From the NCBI GenBank assembly GCA_036172245.1, contig JAYWIR010000036.1, positions 1,922,001 to 1,986,000 of the forward strand: a DNA stretch of 64,000 bases, in the 5' to 3' direction. Source of the DNA: Raillietiella orientalis (taxonomy: Eukaryota). The translations under genes were made by a program, and so were the position numbers. The first letter of the stretch is position 1. Every line of letters starts with the position of its first letter. Shown here one piece after another: positions 25,560 to 38,795 of this stretch. Below the pieces are notes generated by a model. The model made no database searches, had not been told where the DNA came from, and saw nothing but the letters and a program-made list of their open reading frames with translations.

Positions 25560-28500
25560 CGCACGAATAAACAACATCGAGCCTGCCGGGTCACCAGTTC
25601 GCAGACCAGTACGGTCCAACACGACAACAATGGGGGCCGGGACAAAATAAAAAATACATAAAAACAAGACCTGGGGGGCACGGGAAGGGATCATAGTCTC
25701 CTGTGGGGGGGGCCGTTACATCCTTTCTAGGACGCCGGCAAGCTGTTTTTGGATTGGTGAATCCAAATGGGTCCATCCTGTCGCCGACCTCATGAATTGG
25801 GAGGCGGCCTGGATGGCATCCTTATCACGTGGTCCTCCCGTTGCCTTGCTCCAAGCAGCGACGATCTCGCGAATAGAAGCAAAGGGCTGCTAACCAGGCT
25901 GCAGGTCGAAGGGCGTCGGCAACGAAGAGGGCTTTCAATGCGTAGCCAAAGGGAAGCCAAAGGGGCCGAAGGGCAACAGAATCCACAAGGAGGTGAGGGA
26001 AGGACTCCCGTTCGCCACACCTAACGCAATTGGGGTCCACAGCTCCCCAGGTCCAATGGTGCCGGTGGGCGTTGCAGGGGAGTCCCCAATGCAGCAACAG
26101 TAGAGCCGACTCCTGCCATTTTGAGGGGAGGGTGGAAGTTTGCATGAGCACCGGGAGCCACTTCAGATGTTCAATGGGAACATCCAGCAGCGTGCCCCAG
26201 CGCAGAAGTCCATGGGGAGGAGTACTCAAGGACGCAGCGTCTGTCAACTCTCGTCAATCTCCCACTCTCTTATCTTCTTCTCCTTCCCGGAGATGGTTAC
26301 TCTAACCTCCCACTTCGCCGCAACATCGCTGTCCTGATCTTCCATTAGGGAGGCCAGCGCAGCAGCGAGGTGGGTTCTTCCTGCCCACTCTCTCTTCCTC
26401 GGATACTTCCAGAATCCGAGGATCTCTCGGAGCGTGCAACTTCTGTAGCTCCCAAAAGGGAACCGTCCTTCCTGCTGGGCGCGTTGCATGCTGTACTGTG
26501 CCCACGTGCGAACGGTTTCCTGCAGTCAGGCACTACCGTTCGCGGGCGTCAGGTGATCCATCCTTGGTTTCTCCATGTCAAGGCAGCCACCCTCCGTAGC
26601 TGGAGCCACATCGGTCGATGCGGATGCGATGGAGTGCAAGAAAGGACGTGAGTCCCGTCTTGCCGGTGGCTTGCATGACGAGGAGGCGTGCAGGGACGCA
26701 CCAGCAGGTGCACCACAACTCCGGCACAACGGCCATCATACGGAACTGGAGCTGAAGCTCCAGCCGCTCCAACGTCAGGAGGCCGAGACCGCCGTCCCGA
26801 CACCGAGAGCACAAGTCCTTCAAGAGGACTCGGGCCCCCCCTTTGCCCTAAAGGGCCATACGGAGGAGGTCCTTCGTCCGCTTTTGGATCCTCTCTGTGG
26901 GGGGGGGGGGGGGGCAAACAAAAAGCAGGGGGCGGAGGAGTGGAACCGCGAATGCGTTCCAAACCGCGGTCCGTTCCGGAAAGTGAAACTTGCCTTCCAG
27001 GAACGGGCCGATCGCCAACTCCACTTTCTGAAGACGACCTGACCAGGCTCCTGACAGAAGTCCCCCAACGGGACGCCCAGGTACGTCAGGTACCTGGCCG
27101 TGGCGATCCACAAGCGGATCCAGTCAGGCAGTCCCGCCCACGTCGCACCAACTGACACCACCGACAACTTCGCCTTGCTCACCTGCAGTCCGGTCCCGCG
27201 GCTAAGCAGATCGAAGAAATCCTCGACTGCCGCTGCCGGAGCGCACATGGTTAACAGACCCTACCCCTTCCATCCCTTCGGGGACGCAGCGTGAGGTTAC
27301 CTCTGGAGACGGATCCCGGGAGTTCCCCACGTTCTTAGCTCTTTCGCTTTTGGAGATCACTTATTCCCCTTCGACGGGGGACATGGTCTTCCTTTGAGAC
27401 TTGGTCAAGCGTCCAGGGTTCCAGAGGGGTGCCGGAGGCTGTATTTACCACCTCCGCGTCGGAGTCGGAAATCTTTGACCTTCTAGTCGAGGTCGGACGC
27501 CTTAAGGCTTTTTCCGCGGCCTTGGGAGGTCGTTGCAGAAACGCAGCGAGCTCCTCTGCCGCTCGCTCAAAAGCGACGTCATCGAGAATGTGCTCGACGA
27601 CGTACGCCACCGCCGGGTCGATAGCCTCCGTGTTTACATTGCCGGAGGGCTGAAAGTCGGCAGCGACGAGTGCAATTTTGCCGCTCTGTTCGACCGCAGG
27701 AATGCGCTTGATGACGACAGAGCAGCGTTTGATTATTTCGCGACGCGGCAAATTTACGCTGCGTTTCGCGACATTTTTCTCCTTTTTCTTGAGGTTTTTG
27801 AACCTCTTTGACTCCACCACCTGCCATCCAGGTTCCTGCCGTTCTCCTCGACCTTGTCCGCGTTTTCCTCTGGGATCTCAGAGGTGACCTTCATCTTGGA
27901 CACGGTAGTCGCATCTTTAGCGGCGGCTCGCGCTGCCAATTTTCTTAATGTTTTTGCCGCGCGCTTCTTCGCATTCCGTGCGGACGCTGCGCGGACTTCA
28001 TTTTGCGGGCACACCGCACGAGTGTGCCCGGACTGCTTGCATTGCTTGCACCGCACGTGGGGGCACCTTTTTCTCAGGTGACTCGAAGTGCTGTAATGCC
28101 CCCAGTAATGCGGTTTCCTAACATACCAAAAGTCAACGGACTCGCCGTCAACCTCCAGCTTGTTTGGTAGGGAGCAACCCTCGCGGACCGTGATGCGCGC
28201 GGAAGCCATACCGTAATTCAGGAGATCGTACTCCCAAAACGGAGTCAGCCTTTTCCACAACGCGTGGACAGTTCCAAATTTAACTAGTTCCTTTCGGACA
28301 GCCTCTTCGGCCATCCGGAAGGTGATTCCGAGGAGGTGGATCACGATGGACCTATCCTCCGTGATGGGGAGGAGCCGGCGATTCCCCAAAGGAACAGGTG
28401 TTCGGAGCAGACGCTGGGCAAGACTTGCTTCTTTGCAAATCACCTCAACGTACTGTCCACCACTCCTGATGGTCATCGCCAAGAGCTCCTCCTGGGGTAC

Positions 28501-29090
28501 TTTGAGGGAGTGCATCGCTTTCGAGAAAGCGCGTGCACTCTCAAAGGAGTAAAGGTTGCCTACCTTGTAGAGTAGAGGGGGATTGTACCCCTCCTCCAGG
28601 TAGGCTTTCAACTCAGCCGCAGCCGCTTGCGTTGGCGCCGCAGCCACGGAACTCCAGCTTCTCCCTAGCGAGGGAGTCGCTTCTGTGGGGGCGGTTGCCC
28701 CCACATCCATTGATTCAGGAGGCGACATAGACGTCTCCCCCTCCGTATCACTGGTGGTGGTCCCAGGCATTGGTGCCTAGCCAACACGGAATCCACTGGC
28801 ACACCAGAAAAGGAAAAAAACCGCAACGGGCGCACGAGCGAAGTAAACACCCGTCCGCTCGCGCTAGCGGACAAGGACGATCTGAAAACATCGCTCTGCG
28901 AGTTCTGCTTCCGGTTCCCCTTGCAACTGCTTCTGCGCAGTTTCGGAGAAAGCGTGACGAGAAGCAGAGCGTTCCTGGAGGTCCGAACTTTCTCCAGACG
29001 CGCGGATGTCCAAGGACTCGCAGAGTACAAGCCGAGGATAGAGTGCCAGATCTAGTAGCCTGGAGCAGCTTTCTTGCTCGATGACCAGGG
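25560..29090 (-). mobile_element. Internally deleted L1/Tx1-type element (5' UTR, ORF1, ORF2 C-terminal half, 3' UTR)
   Basis: ORF1 at 27335-28770 is followed directly by post-YADD sequence (GLQVSKAK...YLGVPLG; CVRCGERESFPHLLVD). No APE or RT core lies between them. Confidence 0.8.
27754..28770 (-). CDS. ORF1 (gag-like nucleic-acid-binding protein, RRM-like region plus zinc knuckle); probably frameshifted into 27335-27820
   Basis: 338-aa ORF with IVIHLLGITFRMAEEAVRKELVKFGTVH and CKQCKQSGHTRAVC (CX2CX4HX4C), preceded by a degenerate knuckle. Confidence 0.85.
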   Translation of the reverse strand: MPGTTTSDTEGETSMSPPESMDVGATAPTEATPSLGRSWSSVAAAPTQAAAAELKAYLEEGYNPPLLYKVGNLYSFESARAFSKAMHSLKVPQEELLAMTIRSGGQYVEVICKEASLAQRLLRTPVPLGNRRLLPITEDRSIVIHLLGITFRMAEEAVRKELVKFGTVHALWKRLTPFWEYDLLNYGMASARITVREGCSLPNKLEVDGESVDFWYVRKPHYWGHYSTSSHLRKRCPHVRCKQCKQSGHTRAVCPQNEVRAASARNAKKRAAKTLRKLAARAAAKDATTVSKMKVTSEIPEENADKVEENGRNLDGRWWSQRGSKTSRKRRKMSRNAA

Positions 29091-29111
29091 CTGGTAATGC
29101 TCGGACCCAGA

Positions 29112-30146
29112 GGATGTTTGCCATCCAAATTTGCAGGGGCATTCATTATCAAGATTTTATTAAACATTTTTTTATAATAAACTCGAAATTTCTTTCAATG
29201 TCGTAATAGAAAAGAACGTGGTAGAACCTAGTGATAGAGCACTACGTTCTACCACGCGCGGAAGCCTTTTCTTCCATGAGCTCGCGGTTAATGAGATGGC
29301 ATTCTCAGGCGATAAAAGACAGGCATCTGCCAGCGCAGCTGGAAGAACTTTGTGCTGTGGAAGGCTGTCAGGGACCGCTTGCCCATAACTACTTACCTCT
29401 AAGAATTTGGTCTCAAGCTTTGCCCCAAACAGAGACGAGAAAAGTGCACAGACGGAATGCACCACAACCCGAAGCCTGAGCGCGCCTATCCCATTGGACA
29501 CTTGGGAGTGTGCCCATGTCCATTGTGCAGAGTGCGGCGAAAACCAAACCTTTCCGTACTTATTAACGGACTGTGTCGCCCACCATGTACTTTGGTATCG
29601 ACTCTGGTTGATCTTAAAATCCCAGAAGGGGACCCTAAGACGCATTTCCCGGCGCCTCTTCATGCGTGGCGCCCACCCTCCGTCGCAGCTTCAGCAGTTC
29701 CCTACTGTTTGCGCGGAATCGTGGCACGGTGGAATGCGAAAAGAGGACGCTAAAACAGCAGAGGAGCTATCCTCTGGGGGAGAGCGCTTGAAGACCGCTT
29801 CTCGATGACCCTGACTCAGGAACATTCGATCAGCACTTGTCAGCATCCGGAACAGGATGCAGAAGACGAGTTCAGGCGACCAGTAATCCCTTCCCCTCCC
29901 TCCCTCCCTAACGAACATTTCCCTCCCCCTGTTTTCCATTTTTTGTTTCTTTGTTTGGTTGGTTGGTTTTCTTTTCCCCTTCGCAGTTGAAGCGTACCGC
30001 ACCCGTCTGTGTGTTCATGGTAATTTCTCCGCGCGTGGTGGAACCCAGTGTTCTACCACGATTCAAAAACAATTTCGACTCTATTTTAGAATTTTTAAGA
30101 AAATTCAAACAATGAATGCCCCTGCAAATTCCATCGACAAATCTCC
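29112..30146. mobile_element. Two 3' ends of a variant subfamily: 29112-29262 (-) and ~29400-30146 (+, with zf-RVT remnant)
   Basis: CAECGENQTFPYLLTDC in ORF 29407-29808. 30028-30146 is homologous to the reverse complement of 29112-29262 (shared AATGAATGCCCCTGCAAATT). Confidence 0.8.
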
Positions 30147-33100
30147 AAAACGTGAAAGGGGCGATTTCTTGGAAACTTCCACCTCCATTCCCAGCTAGAG
30201 GACCATGCGATGATCACTCAGGCTGCTGAAGTCACAATTCGATCTGAGTGCCACTGTACACGCATGCAGGCATTTTTGCTGAAATATCTGAGAGGTTGGG
30301 TATTGCGGCACACCGACTGCAATCCTGAAATCCAGGCTAGTCAACAGACCTTTCCCGGTCCAAGATGCGATTGCTGACCAGAGATAGAGCTTTGAACGAA
30401 AAAAACACTTTGCTGACCACCAGGCATTTCTTGCCATACTAATGAGGATGCACTGATTGACCGTTTCGTGTATTCGTGGTCCATTTTACTCGGCGGGCAA
30501 TGTTAGCTGCGGTTCACTGGGAAATGACGCAAAAGGGACAGCCCCAACAGGCTCGTTCAAACAGGCAGCGCGCATGCGTGCATGCCGTGACCATGTCCAC
30601 CGCCGAGCAGAACGTGCACAAAAGAGTGTTCCACGTGTTGCTGAGTCCCAGTGCATGCGCTCTTGCATGGACCATCCAGTAAGGACTTGTTTCTTCTTGT
30701 GCTTCCTTCTCCCAATGACTCATGAAGGAACCAATGCTCGCGCTCTATGCCTGGAGACCGCGAGTCAAGCATTGGCAGCTCACGATCGACTATTTCAGAT
30801 GGCCACAGGTGACCTCCCTCCTCGCAGCCTGCTCTTCGAGGATGAGGTTCATGAGGACCTCACAACAAAATCTCTGCGTCTGCGGTCCTGCTTGGTCCCG
30901 AAAGGAAGAATTCAGAGCAGTCTGGAGATTCCATCTGCGAGCGGCCCCATGAGCCAGTCGCGCATTTCGCACTTGGAGGAATGCGAAATCGGACCCGGGC
31001 GGCAGGGGGCACTTCAGCAGCGACAACCAAAAACACAGCTTAGCGCCACTGGGCGCAAAATAAAACCGTCTCCACCTCTTGTGTGAGATGAACTTTCTGG
31101 TTCGCTTGAAATCGGAAGGATCCTCATCTTCTGATTGTCTGTTGACAGACCTCGTTGATCAGTTCTGGATCTGCGAATGTTCTCAAGAGAAAATCGTGCC
31201 GTTCTCCGACGCAGGGCACACTCCACCATGATTCCGGGCTGATGACCTGAGTGGCTTCGTAGCAGCTGCTCACATCTGACACTTGGGTTTCAAAGTTTCC
31301 GATGCCCATGGTCAGAGCAATCCAAATCTGTCGATGGAAAAAAACGAGATAAGGATAACAGGTGCTCTCTCATATCGGACACTTTGTCACTTGTGGATAG
31401 GATGGGAACCGTCCCCAGGTCAACTAAAGCTGAAACTTTCGCGACATAAACGCGCCTGCAATGCCACCGCACTGCACACGTCGTAAAGAAAGTGCACAAC
31501 TCGCGTGCAGTGAAGTTGGTGAGCACGTAATTCCTTGATCCATGAGAAGATACATTCAGGAGGCACTGTTAATGAAATCGGCAATTTCGGTCTTGAGAAC
31601 AAAGACAGAAGCATTCGGTTACGATTCGAAAATGGAGCAGTCTTCACAGATTATTGCCTCAGGAAGGGAAGGACCACACCCTCGAAATTGTAGATAGAAC
31701 AGTTTTGGCGTGAGCATTCGAAATCTATAAATAGGGAAACGCTGTGTTCAGGTTTTATGGATTTGGGCGCTAGAAGAAAAGAAAGGAAAGAAAGAGATGC
31801 TTTCTACGTGCTACTTGTAAGGGAAGTCTTTTCTTTGTCAAGCATTCACTAAGACAGTGGCAATGAATGGGGAGCCGCAGTGATTTCCCCAAGAGAATTT
31901 CGCTTTCCTGATCCCCGTCCCTACTCTCGAATGAGAAAAGGGGAAACTCCGGATTCCAGCCGATGTTAAATGGAGGTTACAAACAGCAGTGGGTGACTTG
32001 GAGGCATCGCTCCTCGGCCTTTTGGCTAAAATCGAAGTGTAAGCCCTCACATGTGATGTTATGAAAGCATGCTCTGGGAAATCATCATTCACAGAGTACA
32101 TTCACTGTATTTCATTCCATTAATAAGAAAAAGGCTGATTGACACCAACGCGTCCTGATTGCGCGGGAGGGCTTCGCCAAGCACCGATGAGAATCGAAGA
32201 AACGGTGGATGACGAAGTCGCTTATTGGATGACTTCTCGAAATGAAAGTTTGGTGGCAGCACGGACTTCCACTCCCTGTGCAGCATGCTGCTTTCTGCTC
32301 CTGTATTTCGAGTTTCCCGGAGACGTTGCTCCCCGCGAGCAATGTCCGAATGGAACTCGAGATGTGGAATCATAGCCGTCTGACATGTGGGTAAGAATAA
32401 TTCCCAGTTGTTCATTTGCTGCATGCGTCATAACGGGGAAACCCTTCGAAATAAATGGTGCGCTCGCCATGAGTCAAGAAATACCTTCCTTCTATTAATA
32501 TATTGTAGTAGCATAACTGAATTCTGGCTTCCAAGAAGTATCGGAATTGCACGAAAAGATCACGGTGATCCTTACTCTTGGGAACATTATAGGAATCACA
32601 CAGATGCAGCATTTGTTCATGACCTCAATGTTTGTTCATGACCTCGCGGAATGCGAAATTCTATTCTTTTAGGAAACCCTGTACAGTAACAAATCACGAT
32701 CGGTTCTACATACATACTCCAAGTCCGTGTACTAATGCAGTGACGAAAAAAGACTCGCGTGAATTCATCTCCGCGGTGAGCATCGCATGGGCAATCTTTT
32801 TCCGTTCCATTTGTGTCGACTAAAGCTGAAACGCTGACATTGTAACTTTCGCCCATGTATTCCTGAAATGGGTGGTCATGGGTTTTCATAGCATGCCTCC
32901 AAATAATAGCCTTGAAAGAAATCGTGGAATGGTGCAACCCTGCTTCCTTTTTTTCAATGTTTTTTCTCCTCCATTCTGTCATACATGGTCTCGATGTGAT
33001 CTCATTCTGGCCAGTCACGAGGTCCACAAAACAGAGAAAGTCTCTGTTTCTTTCAAAAAGGATTTCAAAGTTTCCAAGGCTTCTTCCGGAAGAGTGAGTA

Positions 33101-33362
33101 GCAGTGTGTACATTGACTGCAAGAGCTAAAACCACGAGGTGGAGGGAGTGAGAAAATCAAGTTCACCACTTCGAACTAAAGTACGTAAGAGAAGAGTACT
33201 TCCGCATTCGGGATCCACTAGGGAAAATTCTCGATCTCCCTGTTGTGCTCAGATGGAATTTCCCACACGTCACAATGGCATTTCTTCATGGCTGCCATCA
33301 TCCCATGCACCTCAGGAACTTTGGAATCATTACAACGATCGCAGTTGCTAAAGTACCCTTTA

Positions 33363-35856
33363 GGCTCTTTGAACGTTCTTGCCCCAGTGCTGCCCTCCCT
33401 AAAGAACGCCAGGGATAGCCAGGAAGAGGCATCGTGGGAAGTCCTGCCTCATCGGGGGCAGGAAAAAATAGGTGTTAAAGGTGTGGACAGCTCGGGAACT
33501 GGCGAACGCTGCGACCGCGAGTGTCCTGCCTAAAGGATTTCTGGGCTTGGGCGAGCTGCTCGGCATACCTCCGGAGAAGATGAAGTGGTCCCCAACGCAT
33601 TAGGATAATGGCACCCTCCCCCTGGAGTGGCAAGAGACGGCGTTGCTCGTGTTGCATTGGGGACTCCTTTGCAGGGCATGTCTCTCCCACTGGACCCGTG
33701 GAAGTTCTCACCCGGTCACGCCGGGGCGTTTATTAATAAACACAGTACATCTGCGGCACTAGGCCCGCTACGGCCAATAGTTCCTGGGACCTGCCAGGAA
33801 GTCGGTTCGCAGACCGGCTTCACTCTCCTCGGCAGCAAGGGGGGGGGGGGGGGGGGGTAAAACAAAAAGAAAAATAAATGAAATAACAAAAAGAAACTAT
33901 TTGGGGGGGCGGGAAGGGATCACAACCCGCTAGAAGAAGAGACCATCCTTTCCAGGATGCCCTCGAGGTCCCTCGTCATAGCTCCCAGATGGGACCAGCC
34001 GATCGCGATTCGCAGGTAGCGACCCGCGTGTACGATGGGGTCCCGATCGCTGCTTCCTCTGTTGGCTGCGCTCCACGTGGCCACAATCCCTCGGAGGCAG
34101 CAGAGCGCTTCCAGGGTTGAGGCTGGTGGCAGGGCGTCTCGCACGAAGAGGACTCTCACAACGTCTCTGGGGGTACTGCCGACCGGCATAGGGAGGGTCG
34201 TAGCATAACGTTCCCACAAGGGCCGGAGGGCAGCGCAGTCCACTAACAGATGGGGGAGGGATTCCTTCTCCCCGCACACTGCACAGTTCTGTTCAACATT
34301 CCCCCACGTCCAGTGGTGGCGGCGCGCGTTGCAGGGAAGACCCCAGTGCAACAACAACAGCGCCGTTTCCTGCCACTTTAGGGGGAGAATGGATGAATCA
34401 ATGAACGACGGGGGCCACTCTAGGTCATCCGTCGGGATGCCAAGCAGCTCGCCCAATCTCCGTAGTCCATGCGGGTGAACTCTTGGGGTCGCGGCGTCAG
34501 CCAGTTCCCTCATGGTCCACCCAGTCAGATCCTTCTCTTTGCCCGCTATCCGGCAGGAGACTTGACATCTCGGCTTCCGAATATTTTGGAGCGCCCTCCG
34601 TAGGAAGGGTAGCGCCGTGGCCAGTGGGGTCGTCTCCGCCCATGTGCTTCTGGCGGGACACTCGATCATGTTCCGCAGCGTGCAGCGAGTGTAGATGCCG
34701 GTACGCAGGCCGTTGCAGGATTCTTCACTGATATTGTTTATCTTTGCCCACGTTCCAACTGTTTCTTCCAGCCATGCGCTGGAGTTGGCGGGGCTGCAGG
34801 TCATCCACACGTTCTCCTTTGCCAGGGTGGCCATGCGTCCCAGGAGAAGGCCGCATCTTCTTATTTTCCGGCCGGGGCACAGAAGAAAAGACGCGGGTCC
34901 TTCAGTCCCGGACACACGTCTGGCGAGAAGGCGGGCTGGAACGCACCAAGGGGTGTTCCACATTTTCGCTGCGATGGCTAGAGTACACCACCGCAGCTGT
35001 GTTTCCACGCGCTCCATAGTCAGGACGCTTAGACCTCCGTCCCGACGTGGAGCGCACAAATCCTTTAAAGGCACACGAGGCCTCCCGCCGCCCCACAGGG
35101 CGATGCGCAGGAGGTCCTTCGTTCTCTTTTTCATCTCACGGAGTACGGGGCAAACAAAAAGCAGGGGGCGAGGGAGGGGGGCCGCGAGCGTGTTCCACAC
35201 CGCGGACCCGTGGGAGTGTAGATGCCAGTTGTGCAGGCTGCGGAGAAAGGGAAACCTTCCCACACCTAATCATCGAGTGTGTCGCCTTCCGTCCAATGTG
35301 GAATCGACTATGCTATAACTATAACATTACGGTGGGCGAACCGAAAGACATTTTTCGTCGCCTCCTAATGCGGGACGCCCTGCCAGCAGCCGCGTGTGTT
35401 GCAGTTATCTCCTGCATACGCTGCATCCTAGAGAAGTGGACCGCGTCAAGGAGAGGCCGAAGCAGTGAGAATGCCATCCACTAGGCGGCCATTCATCTCC
35501 ATGGAGAAGGCTTCCCGATGGCGCCGGCTATGAAATTTAGGACCAGCACTTGTCCGCATCGAATACCGGATGCAGAGGACCACCAGCAGCGAGCAATTAT
35601 CCTTTCCCTTCCCTCCCCTCCCCGGAAAACATTGCCCTCCCCTTTTGTTTTTGTTTATTTTGTTTTTGATTTTTTTGTGGTTTTCCCATCCCCTTTGCGA
35701 GCGGAGAGGACCTCACTAGCCTTCGGACTGGTAATAACAAGTGTTGCAAGATAGGCAGAACCACGTGTTCTGCCTGAATGAAACTGAAGACTTCATTGTG
35801 ATATTTTATTCTGTTAAAATTTTAATAAGAAATGCCCCGGCATATCCGGGGGAAAA
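33363..35856 (+). mobile_element. 5'-truncated L1/Tx1-type element split by a nested insertion
   Basis: LPLEWQETALLVLHWGLLCRACLSHWTRG (to 33702) resumes as TRGSVDASCAGCGERETFPHLIIEC (from 35206). Terminal motif at 35824-35856. Flanked by a 54-bp direct repeat. Confidence 0.9.
33706..35203 (-). mobile_element. Nested young element with uninterrupted ORF2 C-terminal half
   Basis: Frame is open from 35203 to the stop at 33920 and includes CAVCGEKESLPHLLVDC. TSD GGACCCGTGG(A/G)AGT at 33692-33705 and 35204-35217. Terminal motif at 33706-33734. Confidence 0.92.
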
Positions 35857-37599
35857 ACTTCACGAACTTTGAAATCATTACAACGATCGCAGTTGCCAAA
35901 GTACCCCTTATGCAACCTATTTTAACCTTCAACTGCCGACTGCTATTGCTAGGATGCTATTGCTAGCTATTGCTATTGCTTCTCAGGGTGGGCTAATCAG
36001 AAGGCATTAAAGACAAGTAGCAAAAATAAAAGCACAATAATTGTTCTTTGGTCATGTGAACTTACTAAGGCTGTATCTCAAACGTTCAGCTCCCTCTCAG
36101 CATGCACATTACCAGTCTCGATCTCCCGTTACCACTGGTGCCTGCAGAGAAATAGGAGACTGTGAACGATCTCAGATGACGATCTCCCAGCCAGTCTCAG
36201 GAAATACATGCGAAGCGCGAGAACATCTAAAAGGAATGCTGCCATCAGATCCTAGTTTGCAACACAAAGACGAGATGCCTCATCACCAACATCCACTGAC
36301 TTCCCTGAGGGCCTGATTATTCAAACACCAGGCCGCTGATTCGAAGCTACCATCTCACGCCGCCTCCCGCTGCCCATTCGATTGCACGCGTTCTCGAGAG
36401 CACTCTCTCTGCAAGTCACCATGGCGGCACACAACTGGCTGGAGGGCTTTATAATCCATCAGCAACATACATGGAAGTAGTTCCTACCATGGTTTTCTTC
36501 TTCGGCAGCATCTGCCTCCAGTTTGTGCAGACTGAAAGATACGATCCACCGAAACCGTGTGCACGGAAGCCACCCTGCGCCAATGGCGAGCAATCGGGTG
36601 CGGATTTCATAAAGATCCCACAGACGCGTGCACGTGCAAAAGGGTTACTTGGAGTTGGCGTGATTAGGGAATCTCGAAAATGTGAGCACATTCCTCGGGG
36701 ATTTCCAAGGCAAAGCATGCAGAAGATGTTGCAATTTCCCAATCATCCAGGTTTGAGCGTTTACATAAGAACTTCCGGCAAGGAAAGTCCAGCTGATTTC
36801 CTAGTTCGTCTCGCCTATTTGAAAGAAAGCAGATCGCCTCATGTTTGAGACTGCACGAGAATGCATGTAGCAAAGAGCATCCATAAAGTGCCGTGAAAAG
36901 AACAGAAAAAATAATAAGCACCGTGACCAGAGGTGCTGCTGCTGCGCAGATGGTCATGAGACGTATTGATGAATCCGCCATCAATGAGAAACGGCACTCA
37001 AGAGGTTTCCGAGATTTTAGTTTAATCCAAACATTCTGTCAGTGCAATCAGCAGATGCATCCTACAGTCATCGCCAAATCCTAAACTACGCCGCGGGTGC
37101 TCCAATCAAAGGAAACGCTCCGAAAAATCTGCTCTCCTCTCCGGCTTTTCTCCACCGAAACTTTACCAAACTCCACCGCAAAAGCACGGTTGCGGGCGAG
37201 CAACCAGTTGTTCCCTCGGGCTACTCCTCCCGACAGGTGCCCGCGCCACTTTCGGTAAATACAGAAAGGAGCTGCACTATGCAAATAAAAACATGCTGTC
37301 CAACTCTTCGGGCTCTGTTTTAAAGAGCATGCATTTGCCTCGAATGAAGAATTCGGAGTGATGATCCATATAAAAAAGATTCGTTCCATTACTGCTTTCT
37401 TGCAGTATCTCTGCATTATAAATTGATTTATGTCCTTCAGAAAAACCCATGATTTTGCATAATGATCTCGATAAAGGAAAGGAACTCAAAGGCCATCGTG
37501 ATGATTGGGAAATTGTTCGTGTATGAATACCGCTGTATTGGCAGCTCACGTAGTTCATGTTGGCGTCTCCATCGATTCTGCATCTGCAAAGCATTGCAG

Positions 37600-37880
37600 T
37601 GGACCCGATCGAGCGCTCATGCGCTCATCCGTAGCGCCGTTTTCCTTACGGGAAAGAAATGCCATTTGCCTGCCAGCAAGGCACCGGAACAAGGGAAAGC
37701 CACCTGGAATGCTGTTTCCCTCATAAGGAAGGCTTGCAGGTGGTCCCATCTGCAAGCAGAAGTCAGCAAGGAGATCGCCCACATCTTGAAGCAGTTTCAC
37801 AGGAAAAACAGAAATCTCAGTATCCCCAACCACTACTACCTATAATCTACTTATCCGTGAGGCCTGTGTTTTTACCAATG
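37600..37880 (+). mobile_element. ORF2 extreme C-terminal remnant
   Basis: LIRKACRWSHLQAEVSKEIAHIL resembles LLKKASRWPRLKQQISREISSI (47545-47620). Confidence 0.55.
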
Positions 37881-38138
37881 CTTCGAACAGTTTCCTCAGC
37901 TGACCTACTAGTCGGCGAGGGCTCCAAGCTTGAAATTTTCTTTCTTTGATTTTCTTGATGGATCACCAGAGTTACGATTTTTGCTAGATGTGGATTCATT
38001 TTTCATTAAAACAACCCGAACAAAGTTTCTTCTGCCATCGCAGCGCTCAAGAGACAAAAAGTACCGGGTGAGGACCGGCTGCCTGCGCAGTTCTTCCAGT
38101 GCTTCCGGGCGATGCTCGCCCTCTGGTCGCTGATGGAT

Positions 38139-38790
38139 GTTTTTACCCGGTGAAGCCGGGACATTTATTTGAAAACATATACGACAAGTCAGAAAGGAAT
38201 AGTGTTCCCGCAATACAAGAGATGCCGAAGGAAAAAATTTTATCGAGGATGATCACCGGAACGCGGGCTGGCTTCCGAAAAGTAAGGAACGGAGGGAGGA
38301 GACGAAAAATAAATAAAAAAAAAAAAACGGGAGGACAGGGACAGGGATCTTTGGTCTAGATGGTTACATTCTTCCTAGAAACGACTCTGGATGGTGGCGA
38401 TCACGTTGGCGACTTCTTATGGCAGAGAGGCCATCCTGAAGCCGCTCCCATGAGGGCGGCTGCCATGGTGATGGCCTCCTTTTGCTGCGAACGGGACTCG
38501 GACACATGGAGGATTGTCATGGCGTGAATACAACACATTGTTGCTATACAGAGTGAAATCGTCAGTGGGGACCGTTGGGTGCGAAGTGGCCTGCACGGTT
38601 GAACTGGATCCGCGTGGGGACCCCCACGGGCATATGGTACTTGAAGTGCCTTGGCATTCCGTTGAGGGACATTTGCCGACAACAGCACCCTGGTGCGAAC
38701 TTCTACAGAAGTTAGACTGGGCGATCGATTCGTTCCTAGAGGGCAATTTTCACTAGCCGGAACGAACCGCGGTCTGGATAGCGTAGAAAG
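38139..38790 (-). mobile_element. Deleted L1/Tx1-type 3' fragment with terminal module
   Basis: Terminal motif at 38139-38169, then a purine-rich antisense 3' UTR and ORF2 remnants homologous to 26960-27130 and 25790-25870. Confidence 0.75.
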
Positions 38791-38795
38791 ATGGA

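Noticed and set aside
33839..33857. Poly-G runs here and near 26900, and a short (GCTATT)n near 35940-35980
   Set aside because: Simple slippage tracts in or beside retrotransposon sequence; no further signal.
18972..35856. Outward-facing motif pairs (18972/20986, 29112/30146, 33706/35856) read as TIRs of a DNA transposon or as dual-primed insertions
   Set aside because: For two of the pairs, TSDs and split reading frames show ordinary antisense nesting. The motif sits at the 3' end of an ORF2-bearing fragment wherever one is attached.
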